DNA from: Calditrichota bacterium
Lineage (GTDB): Bacteria > Zhuqueibacterota > Zhuqueibacteria > Zhuqueibacterales > Geothermadaptataceae
Assembly (NCBI GenBank): GCA_008501765.1
Contig: QQUE01000007.1
Location: 606,186-670,185, forward strand
Length of the DNA stretch: 64,000 nt
Reading direction: 5' to 3'
The notes under the pieces were generated by a model. It did not search any database, had not been told where the DNA came from, and saw nothing but the letters and a program-made list of their open reading frames with translations. Below, piece by piece: positions 1 through 8,218 of the stretch (the stretch's first letter is position 1; every line of letters begins with the position of its first letter). Made by a program: the position numbers and the translations under genes.

Positions 1-35
1 ACTTGCGGTCAGTTGTTAAAATACGAACACTTTTT

Positions 36-1136
36 TTATCCCCGCCAGCCATTAGCCAGGGCAAAATTGAAGGCATTGCGAATCAAATTTTCCCGTTCAA
101 TGACAACGATAATCGTTTCGCCGATGGATTTGGGCAACGCAAAACGCAACTTATTATCTTGTGCTTTTTTATCACGTTTCATGGCCAGCATCAGACTGTC
201 AAAATTAATATCGGAGATAAATGACTGCATCGGGATTTTATGAAATAGCTGCCTTATCCTTTCAAATTCTTTTTGATTAAGCAAACCAAGTTCTACCGCC
301 ATATGCGCTTCGGCGAGCATTCCCCACAATACAGCCTCGCCATGTTTTATCTTCTGGTAATTGAACACCGTTTCGATGGCATGTCCAAAAGTGTGTCCAA
401 AATTAAGTATCGCCCTTAAACCGGCTTCCCTCTCATCTTGCGCCACTATTTTTGCTTTTATTTTACAACATCGATAAATTGCCTCCACACATACTTCATC
501 GTCCAGCGCGAGCATTTTTCCAATATTCTCTTCGCAAAAATGGAAAAAATCCCGATCATTGATTATGCCATATTTTAAAATTTCTGCAAGCCCTGATATA
601 ATTTCGACAGGTTCCAATGTTTTGAGAACAGCCATGTCGATCCACACCATTTTAGGTTGGTAGAAAGAACCAATCACATTTTTGGCTAATGGATGGTTGA
701 TCCCCGTTTTCCCCCCGACACTGGAATCGACCTGGGCTAACAAAGATGTCGGAATCTGAATAAATGGAACACCACGCATAAAGGAAGCCGCTGAAAATCC
801 GGCAAGGTCTCCAATTACGCCGCCGCCCAAAGCCAAAACCATCCAGTCACGGGAGGCATTTAGCTTGAGCATTTTCGTTAACACTTCATCAAAGCAGGAG
901 AGGGATTTGGATTTCTCACCCGCTGAAACCGTGATTTTTTCTACCCGCAAACCGGCTTTTGCGAACGAATTGATTACAATTTGCCCATATAACGGAAATA
1001 CATTTTTATCAGATATTAAGACAAAGTTTTTTGTCGTGAAAAACAACTTGACCATTTCAGCCAGTTTATCAAGATTGCCGTTACCGATATAAATTGGGTA
1101 GCTGCGATCGACCAATTCGACTTTGAGTGTTTTCAT
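36..1136 (-). CDS. aroB: 3-dehydroquinate synthase
   Basis: 366-aa ORF with AroB-typical motifs 'LGGGVIGDLAGF', 'DSSVGGKTGINHP' and 'GHTFGHAIE'. Confidence 0.9.
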   Translation of the reverse strand: MKTLKVELVDRSYPIYIGNGNLDKLAEMVKLFFTTKNFVLISDKNVFPLYGQIVINSFAKAGLRVEKITVSAGEKSKSLSCFDEVLTKMLKLNASRDWMVLALGGGVIGDLAGFSAASFMRGVPFIQIPTSLLAQVDSSVGGKTGINHPLAKNVIGSFYQPKMVWIDMAVLKTLEPVEIISGLAEILKYGIINDRDFFHFCEENIGKMLALDDEVCVEAIYRCCKIKAKIVAQDEREAGLRAILNFGHTFGHAIETVFNYQKIKHGEAVLWGMLAEAHMAVELGLLNQKEFERIRQLFHKIPMQSFISDINFDSLMLAMKRDKKAQDNKLRFALPKSIGETIIVVIERENLIRNAFNFALANGWRG

Positions 1137-1343
1137 TGCAGATGTTTAATTCCTTTAAACATTTAATCGCTTGAAAGCCTGTAAATAAAAATGAGATTGA
1201 GTATAAAACTCGACAAGTTCGATATTTTATAAATATGTACAACAAATTATCATTTGAAAAACAATGGAATCATTCACAGGATGAGAGGGATTACGCGCAA
1301 GCAGAACAACTTTTCTTTTTCATTATTGCAGTTCGCGGGTCAA

Positions 1344-2606
1344 TTACTGCCTCAGTTTATCGACCCGCGCTGCGATGCAACTTTTTTGTTTCGAAAAATC
1401 ATCCGGTGCAATCTGCAAAAAGCGCTTGTAATATTCAAGCGCTTTTTCCAATTTTCCCATAGTTTCAAAAATAAGTCCACAATTTAGCACTGCTTCATGC
1501 AACCGTGGATTAAAAGAAAGAGCGCGACGGTAACTTTGCAGCGCCTCAAAATTGCGCCCCAGGCGTGTAAATGCAATTCCAAGATTGTTCCATGCCATGG
1601 CGTAACCGGGATTCAATCCCAATGCATGGCGGTAACAAGTCAACGCCTGCTCATATTTTGCCATGCGCAATAAAACATTGCCTTTATTGTACCATAACCC
1701 GAACTGCTGCGGGCGTATTTTTTGAGCCTGATCGAAGCTCGAATAAGCTTCAGGTAACCGACCTAACTTACTCTGCGTCATACCCAGCAGGTACCAACAC
1801 GGGGAATAATTTGGTGCCAATCTGGCCGTCAATTCAAGATATTCGCCTGCTTTATAATAATAACCCAGTTGCTGATAAATTTTTGCATAACAGAATGCAA
1901 CTTTCACATTGGTTTCTTCCAGATTGGCCAGTTTTTTTAAACTCATGAGTGCAAGGCGATATTCTCCGAGATCAATAAATGCCAATGATTTATTAAAATA
2001 ATATTCCCAATGCTTTTTCGGCTTCTCCCCGGAAAATTCCAAAATACGCAACGCAGATGCAGGGTTTTTCAATTCCAATTGCAATGCAGCCATATTTATT
2101 TGCGTACAATCCATCTCAAAAAGAGAATACAATTTCTGAATGAACGGCCCGGCCTCACTCAGATTATTATTCAAAAGCGCACGTTTGGCCTGCAGCCACA
2201 CTGGAACAGCATCTTCCCAGGATTTGTCAAACTTGTTCTCAAAAAGTGAGGTTATAAACAGTTCATCAGCAAAAATAAATTGAGAGCGCCATTGAATACT
2301 TACAATATCTGTCTGCTCCATCGAACTTTGATTTTCAGAGACCGGGACAATTCGTGGTTTGAAGTTCAGTTTTGCCGGGGGGATGACAGCGAAAATAACG
2401 ATTAATTCAAATATATCAGTGGGGATTGACAGAATAATTTTGATAAGCGCGGCACAAAAAATATACATTACTATAATACATAATTGTTGATTTTGAACAC
2501 AAAAATTGAAGGACAGACGGAGCCCAAATGCCTGTTCCATCTTAAACACCAAAAATTTCATTTCGTACCCAGCCGATCTTTCATTTTTCGAACTGCTGCC
2601 CCACAA
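1344..2606 (-). CDS. TPR repeat-containing protein with a hydrophobic N-terminal segment
   Basis: 420-aa ORF. The C-terminal two-thirds is a run of 34-residue TPR-like units (e.g. 'ALTCYRHALGLNPGYAMAWNNLGIAF', 'ALQSYRRALSFNPRLHEAVLNCGLIF'). The true start codon is uncertain because there are several in-frame Met. Confidence 0.6.
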   Translation of the reverse strand: MWGSSSKNERSAGYEMKFLVFKMEQAFGLRLSFNFCVQNQQLCIIVMYIFCAALIKIILSIPTDIFELIVIFAVIPPAKLNFKPRIVPVSENQSSMEQTDIVSIQWRSQFIFADELFITSLFENKFDKSWEDAVPVWLQAKRALLNNNLSEAGPFIQKLYSLFEMDCTQINMAALQLELKNPASALRILEFSGEKPKKHWEYYFNKSLAFIDLGEYRLALMSLKKLANLEETNVKVAFCYAKIYQQLGYYYKAGEYLELTARLAPNYSPCWYLLGMTQSKLGRLPEAYSSFDQAQKIRPQQFGLWYNKGNVLLRMAKYEQALTCYRHALGLNPGYAMAWNNLGIAFTRLGRNFEALQSYRRALSFNPRLHEAVLNCGLIFETMGKLEKALEYYKRFLQIAPDDFSKQKSCIAARVDKLRQ

Positions 2607-2724
2607 ACTATGCTTGCTATTAAAGTGCAGCTCACATTAAAAAATCGGTTCGAAACAGATATTTTTCAGCTTGTTAAAATGAATAAATATTATGCAACCG
2701 GATTGACAATGCCGCAATGATGCG

Positions 2725-2757
2725 CAAAAAAAAAGCTCCTGATACAGGAGCTTTTTT
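2725..2757 (-). terminator. Rho-independent terminator downstream of the PspC-domain gene
   Basis: Perfect hairpin 'agctcctg ata caggagct' flanked by an A-run and a T-run. On the minus strand it is followed by 9 T. It lies 80 nt after the stop at 2837. Confidence 0.6.
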
Positions 2758-2836
2758 TAGGGAGGATTTCGAGGGAGATACCCTCACCAGAGAACATTTA
2801 TTTCAAAGGATTTCGCTTGGCAAACTGCCTGCCAGC

Positions 2837-3583
2837 TCAATCTGTTGCTACTTTATCTTCTTCGGGGATGGCAATTATCATCACGATGTATAAAATAATG
2901 GCGACAAAAAACGCTGTTGCAAAAGCAAAAACTATAAATCCAATGCGTACAAACGATACATCGATATTAAAATATTCAGCCAGCCCACCGCAGACGCCGG
3001 CAATTTTTTTCTCCGTCACCGAACGGGTTAATTTTCCTGATCCCGCGGGGCTTTTCACTTTCTGTGAGAATAAATTGGATAAATCACCTTTTTCATTATC
3101 CCGATTCATCAACAGGTAAACGCCAAGACCGAGAAATAACAGGCTGAAAAGCATACCAAAATCAAAATGGTGGTAGAACCGAAATCCATTAAAATGGAAT
3201 GGGAAATTAAACTCATCCACAAGCAGCAAGACACCAAATACAACCAGAGCCAGACCGCCAATCATACCGGCATTGCTTGATTTTTTTGCTTGTTCGCCTT
3301 CTGATTTTGGCACTTCATCGGGGTTCTCCGGAATGATTATCCAGGCGGCAATATAGGCGATGACACCTGTTCCCCCAATAAAAATTGCAAGTACAAACAA
3401 GATCCGAATCAAAACAAGATCGATATTAAAGTAATCAGCCAAACCACCGCAAACACCACCGATCATTTTTTCATACTGTGAACGATAAATTTTCCGGAGA
3501 GGCGCTTCTTGTTTTTGTTCTTCGGGCTCAACGACCGGGGCTGGCACTTCCGGCTTCGGTTTTTCTTCTTTTTTCTTTGCCAT
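2837..3583 (-). CDS. PspC domain-containing membrane protein (two PspC domains)
   Basis: 248-aa ORF. The PspC signature occurs twice ('KMIGGVCGGLADYFNIDLVLIRILFVL' and 'KKIAGVCGGLAEYFNIDVSFVRIGFIV'), each followed by TM helices. Confidence 0.75.
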   Translation of the reverse strand: MAKKKEEKPKPEVPAPVVEPEEQKQEAPLRKIYRSQYEKMIGGVCGGLADYFNIDLVLIRILFVLAIFIGGTGVIAYIAAWIIIPENPDEVPKSEGEQAKKSSNAGMIGGLALVVFGVLLLVDEFNFPFHFNGFRFYHHFDFGMLFSLLFLGLGVYLLMNRDNEKGDLSNLFSQKVKSPAGSGKLTRSVTEKKIAGVCGGLAEYFNIDVSFVRIGFIVFAFATAFFVAIILYIVMIIAIPEEDKVATD

Positions 3584-3723
3584 GATAATTTCCCTTTACT
3601 AAAATTTTCTTATTTACCAATTCATTATCGTCGTATTGTTAAAACAAAACAACGGCAATTCGATAAAATAGTTTCAGACGAAATTCAAAAGGAATGCACT
3701 GGAAGCGGAATGGGTGAAGAATG

Positions 3724-3763
3724 AAATTTAGCTCTCGTTTTCCTCAAAACAGGAGCTAAATTT
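3724..3763 (-). terminator. Long hairpin downstream of the GWxTD gene (putative terminator)
   Basis: 'aaatttagctc...gagctaaattt' arms with additional inner pairing. It lies 60 nt after the stop at 3823. The U-tract on the minus strand is short. Confidence 0.4.
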
Positions 3764-3822
3764 AGTTCAGAAATGTATGGGAAGTTCTCAGTGGAATTCC
3801 CCGAAAGATAGAATCGTTGATC

Positions 3823-5544
3823 TTAGTTTAACGAAAATGGCGTCACTATCATTTGCATTTTGTTGCTGACTTCATCGCGGACGCGCACATAAAGTGCATA
3901 GTTGCCTTTTTTAAGCCGGGACAAGTCCAATTGAACGAAGGCGCTGTCGCGGTGGTTGTTTCCCTCACGGTTGTCAGAAATTTGAATGAGAGTTTTACCG
4001 CTGTCAAATGGATTCAATTTCCCGATAATTTTGCTGACACCCTCGTCCTTTCCTTCTTTCACGATGTAATCGATATTATAATTCGTCTTGCCCTCATCAT
4101 TTTTATCAAGGCCATAAATCTCAAAATACACAAAGGGAGGGCTTTTTTTATCGAGATTGCGGAAAGGTGTCGGTTGAATAAATACACCGTTGCGTTCAAC
4201 GATTGTGTTAGAATTTGCTGCGCCTATCAACGCACTCCCTGAAATATTTTCTGCAAAGAGGATTGAACTCAAACCAAGACTGTCAGCAGGGCGGACAGCG
4301 TGTTTCATAAATGTCGCTTTTTTCCCCAGTTGACGGTTTTCACTATTCAATGCTTCCACGAAAACATAAAAATCTCCCGGCCGGAAATCAAACTTGTGGG
4401 CAGCCGCCATATTTCTAGTTCCGTCCGACTTATTTATCTGCGTCGTTGCATTTTCTTCTGCAAAAACATTATAAAATGAATCACTGAGAGCTGTGCTAAA
4501 TTGTAATTTCACCTCTGACTTATGCTTGCCGAATTTAATCGATTTATTTTCGATCCCATAAGACACGATGCAGGTTTGTTCATCATTCAAATTTTCAAAG
4601 TAGGAAATACTGAAATCAAACGGCAAATCTTCAAAGTGGGTGCTTTCAGTTGGTGGAATTTCCTTGTGGCGTTTTTGCATTTCTTCGCTGTATTTTTGCC
4701 CAAAGTCCATCAAAGTTGAGCGCATTTCAGCTTCACCCTGTTCATTTGCCGTCACACCAAATTTAAAATTAAAAGCCATCGACTGAAATGTTGGAGAAAT
4801 TGTTTTTCGCCGTTCGATAATTTTTCCCAGCGCTTTATACCAGACATTCAGATCCATGGTTTGCAAGCCCTGATCAACTTGATAGGTGATATTATAGCCG
4901 TCACTGCCTTCCACAAAATCAAAGACAACTTTGGGCTTAAGCCGATGATAATACCAGGTTTCGAACTGCTTGCGAAAACTCATATCATCGTTGCCTACCA
5001 CCGGTGTACGCTCTGAAAAGTTATATTCGGCATATTCATTTGGTAATTCAATATAGGTTTCGTCGGCTTTTCCGTAACGCACATAAACCCGGCCACGGTC
5101 ATCAAAAGTTCGAGCAGAATTGTTGCCGTATTGATCGCGGGCATAGAGCAGGCGTTTGTAATGCTCAAACAATCGCTCGTTTGCCAGTGTTGGCCGGGTT
5201 GGATCACGCCTTTTCCAGAAATGGGCGATAAAATCTGCACGCAATTTGTTGTTCTTCAATTGAAACCAAATTTTGTCTTCGGTGACCGACATGAGCTCAA
5301 GAAGGTCGGTGTGCAAGCGATTCAAGATATGAAAATTGTAGTCCGTGGAGTCGTGTAATGCGGCAAGATTGTGGAGAAAGAGGGCCGTGCATTGGTGAAC
5401 ATTTTCCCTATCGCGAAATATGTTTTCCAGATAGCCGGCTTTCGCTTTTGACTGGGCACTTAAGTCACTTACAGAAAAAAATACTAAAAAAGCAACGAGA
5501 GCTTTCCGCCAGTCCAACTTTACAGAATTCAATTTTTCCTCCAA
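3823..5544 (-). CDS. GWxTD domain-containing secreted protein
   Basis: 573-aa ORF with a signal peptide ('LVAFLVFFSVSDLSAQ'). It has a GWxTD-family block 'FWKRRDPTRPTLANERLFEHYKRLLYARDQY...DDRGRVYVRYGKADE', paralogous to the same block in ORF 25266-26603. Confidence 0.7.
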   Translation of the reverse strand: MEEKLNSVKLDWRKALVAFLVFFSVSDLSAQSKAKAGYLENIFRDRENVHQCTALFLHNLAALHDSTDYNFHILNRLHTDLLELMSVTEDKIWFQLKNNKLRADFIAHFWKRRDPTRPTLANERLFEHYKRLLYARDQYGNNSARTFDDRGRVYVRYGKADETYIELPNEYAEYNFSERTPVVGNDDMSFRKQFETWYYHRLKPKVVFDFVEGSDGYNITYQVDQGLQTMDLNVWYKALGKIIERRKTISPTFQSMAFNFKFGVTANEQGEAEMRSTLMDFGQKYSEEMQKRHKEIPPTESTHFEDLPFDFSISYFENLNDEQTCIVSYGIENKSIKFGKHKSEVKLQFSTALSDSFYNVFAEENATTQINKSDGTRNMAAAHKFDFRPGDFYVFVEALNSENRQLGKKATFMKHAVRPADSLGLSSILFAENISGSALIGAANSNTIVERNGVFIQPTPFRNLDKKSPPFVYFEIYGLDKNDEGKTNYNIDYIVKEGKDEGVSKIIGKLNPFDSGKTLIQISDNREGNNHRDSAFVQLDLSRLKKGNYALYVRVRDEVSNKMQMIVTPFSLN

Positions 5545-5644
5545 ATTCGTGCTTAAATTTATTCGTTTACTGGGGTAATGTAAGACATTCTACTAAGAAG
5601 CGAAAGACCGAATTCGCTAAAATGTTCCCAAAAATTAATCCATC

Positions 5645-5684
5645 GAAAAAAAAAGCTGGAAAGTGCGAACACTGCTTTCCAGCT
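5645..5684 (-). terminator. Rho-independent terminator ending the RND/LolA-like/barrel/DUF2892 operon
   Basis: Hairpin 'agctggaaag...ctttccagct' followed on the minus strand by a 9-T run. It lies 20 nt after the stop at 5704. Confidence 0.6.
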
Positions 5685-5703
5685 TAAAATGTGATATCCC
5701 ACA

Positions 5704-5910
5704 TTATTTTCGAATTTTATTGAGAATAGTCATCATCGGGCACCATTTTGAGAAGCCGGATTGAAACAAATTCAAACCGACAAATAAGGTAAACCATAAC
5801 CAATTGGCAGCACCGAATATCGAGGTGTCTGCATTTTGAAAATGGAAAAGGGACACCGATAACATTATAAAAAAACCGGCGATAATCCGTAAAAGCTGTT
5901 CGTTAGTCAT
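5704..5910 (-). CDS. DUF2892 (YgaP-like) small membrane protein
   Basis: 68-aa ORF with two TM helices and a C-terminal 'GFSKWCPMMTIL' motif, matching the CP-containing end of DUF2892 proteins. Confidence 0.7.
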   Translation of the reverse strand: MTNEQLLRIIAGFFIMLSVSLFHFQNADTSIFGAANWLWFTLFVGLNLFQSGFSKWCPMMTILNKIRK

Positions 5911-5949
5911 AAATTTCCTCTCGTTTATTTCTAATTTATTTCATTGATT

Positions 5950-7317
5950 TTAAAATATGTACCGGGCAGTAAAATTTATATTTGAATCATCTTTGAACTG
6001 GCCAAACATGGTATTGTGGTAGTCCGGAAATATATTGTCTTTCAGATTTTTATCATCATCATTATCACCATAGGCGCCGAGTATATTGGCCGTGACAACA
6101 AACCGGATCTGATCCGAATATTCATAAGACAACCGTGGCCGGAAAAAATAATCCTGATCGGATGGTGAAAAATAACTGAACCAGGTGAGCCACAAGGTTT
6201 CGTTCATCATCTTTTTTGTAAGACGGAGTGTCACCAAATGACGCATTTCATCTTTCAACGCTTCGCCATCCATTAACTGCATGTTGCCAGCGAGCAAAAG
6301 TTTATAATTGTCTTCAACCATGGCAAAATCCTGAATCTGCTCGCCATAATATTGAACGCCAAGATCCAGAGTGGTAGTTAGTGAACGCTCGTAAAGGGCG
6401 AGGTAGCGTAACGAAGAATTTGGCACTAATGGATTATCGCCATATTTGTCTTCTTCAGAATAATAGTAGCCGCTTTCAAGGGATAAAATACCACCTAAGG
6501 CGGCTCCGCGGCTGGAAGCGCCGTAAACTTGCAATTCGGAAAAATAGGGTGAAAAAGTAAATGCCTGTGGATCAAAACTCATGGCGGTGGGATTATTCCA
6601 GCGGCCTTTATAGGCATAAAGAGAGGTTGTAAAACCTTTAATTGTCTGCATCTGAAAACGTGCCGCTACCTCCACATTTTTCCATTCTTTGGATGTCGCC
6701 TGTGTTGGCATGAGCCAGCGATTTTCAATCAACTGCAGCATGCTCGGATTGACTGACGCGAAACGGCCCTCGGTCATCAAATTGATATCGGAATGCGAAT
6801 AAGGCATCAATGAAATATCAATTGCTTCGAATAGTGGAATTTCAGGAAAAAGGCTAAGCCTGACGGCATCACTTGGCGCCTTTAAATATTCATCCTGGCG
6901 GCCGCTAAAAAATGAAATCCAATCCTTTGAAAAAACGTCATTTATAAACATGAGATCACCAACACCCCATGTTTGGATTTGGCGCCCTATTTTCACATCC
7001 ATCCACTCTGCCGGTGTAGTAGTAAAATAAGCTTCGCGAATGTTTAGCACAGAATTTTCCAGCACATTATCATTGACAAAATCAACTTTAAAAAACAATT
7101 CTCCTTTATCGGATGAATGTTCAAATTTTAGCTGCAAACGCTGCTCTCCGAGTGCATAATACTGACCGTTTCCAGGTTGGCCAAGCGGCGACAGGATCTG
7201 CTTGTTTTCGGTGAATTTTGGTGAAAGACCAAATTCAACGAAACCATTCCATTCCTGAGCAAAAAGCAAAACCGGTGCGAACAGAAACAGCACTATTTTA
7301 ATCGTATTTTTTTTCAT
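5950..7317 (-). CDS. Outer-membrane beta-barrel protein, DUF1302-like
   Basis: 455-aa ORF with a signal peptide ('LFLFAPVLLFAQE'), an 'IREAYFTT...VKIGRQIQTWGVGD' block resembling DUF1302 barrels, alternating beta-strand pattern and a terminal aromatic ('ARYIF'). Confidence 0.55.
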   Translation of the reverse strand: MKKNTIKIVLFLFAPVLLFAQEWNGFVEFGLSPKFTENKQILSPLGQPGNGQYYALGEQRLQLKFEHSSDKGELFFKVDFVNDNVLENSVLNIREAYFTTTPAEWMDVKIGRQIQTWGVGDLMFINDVFSKDWISFFSGRQDEYLKAPSDAVRLSLFPEIPLFEAIDISLMPYSHSDINLMTEGRFASVNPSMLQLIENRWLMPTQATSKEWKNVEVAARFQMQTIKGFTTSLYAYKGRWNNPTAMSFDPQAFTFSPYFSELQVYGASSRGAALGGILSLESGYYYSEEDKYGDNPLVPNSSLRYLALYERSLTTTLDLGVQYYGEQIQDFAMVEDNYKLLLAGNMQLMDGEALKDEMRHLVTLRLTKKMMNETLWLTWFSYFSPSDQDYFFRPRLSYEYSDQIRFVVTANILGAYGDNDDDKNLKDNIFPDYHNTMFGQFKDDSNINFTARYIF

Positions 7318-7348
7318 TTCCTACCCATTAATTATTTGTTAATTGAAA

Positions 7349-7380
7349 TCCCCTGAATCAAAACTTGACGATTCAGGGGA
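7349..7380 (-). terminator. Intra-operon hairpin between the LolA-like and barrel genes (terminator or attenuator)
   Basis: 10-bp perfect stem 'tcccctgaat/attcagggga' with a 12-nt loop, followed on the minus strand by 'tttcaatt'. Confidence 0.3.
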
Positions 7381-7400
7381 GCTTGCTACTAATTTTCAGA

Positions 7401-8189
7401 TTACTTTAAAGAGATATGTGGTTTTTTCAAATAACGTTCGGAGAAATACTTCTCCTGGATACCAATATCATATTTTATCGAAACAAATTTAATAATCGTG
7501 TGTTGCTGTTTATCGATATTTTCCATTTTACGGATAGTTATCGTGGGTACATCCTGGACGACTTCAATTTTTTCCGCAGTGAAGACACGCATTAAATTGT
7601 TCTGGGAATCATAATATTCTTCCCGCAGAGGCAGCTTGTCCTTTTTGCTTATTAAACTGATTTTATAGTCAAAATAATCGCTTTGCTTCGGTGTTGATTT
7701 AATCTTGAATGCGGCGTATTCACCAACTTTTTCTTCACCCAAAAGCTCATGATTATCCTCTGTCCACAAACGGCCAGAAACATCTTCATAGGAGAAATCT
7801 GAACCGACAAACGAGCTGGCTTTATCGCTGGCAGCAATTTTTTTCACCAAATCGATTGCTGGGACGTAAAGCATCCGGTCATCATCGCTATCAACATTTT
7901 TCTTTACCAAAAAGGTCATGCGTTTGATATCAGAAGGTGATTTAAAGTAGATGAAATAAAGCTGATCGCCACCATCTTTCAGGTCTTTTCTGACCATTGA
8001 AAATTTCTTGGTTTTGGTGCTGCCCTTGGTACTTACCAGGGTCATTTCAACTTTGGCTTTGCCATCGTCTTTTGCATAATTATAATTCAGATGGGCTTCT
8101 TTCATCAAGGCTTCGGCATCCTGTGCAACTGCGCTACCAATAAAAGACAGAACAAATGCAACGAGGGTTAAACTTTTGATTAATTTCAT
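7401..8189 (-). CDS. Outer membrane lipoprotein-sorting (LolA-like) protein
   Basis: 262-aa ORF with a signal peptide. The motif 'RMLYVPAIDLVKKIAASDKASSFVGSDFSYEDV' is characteristic of the LolA-like family usually encoded next to RND-superfamily exporters. Confidence 0.75.
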   Translation of the reverse strand: MKLIKSLTLVAFVLSFIGSAVAQDAEALMKEAHLNYNYAKDDGKAKVEMTLVSTKGSTKTKKFSMVRKDLKDGGDQLYFIYFKSPSDIKRMTFLVKKNVDSDDDRMLYVPAIDLVKKIAASDKASSFVGSDFSYEDVSGRLWTEDNHELLGEEKVGEYAAFKIKSTPKQSDYFDYKISLISKKDKLPLREEYYDSQNNLMRVFTAEKIEVVQDVPTITIRKMENIDKQQHTIIKFVSIKYDIGIQEKYFSERYLKKPHISLK

Positions 8190-8218
8190 TTTAAACTCCT
8201 GTATTTTAATATTTTATT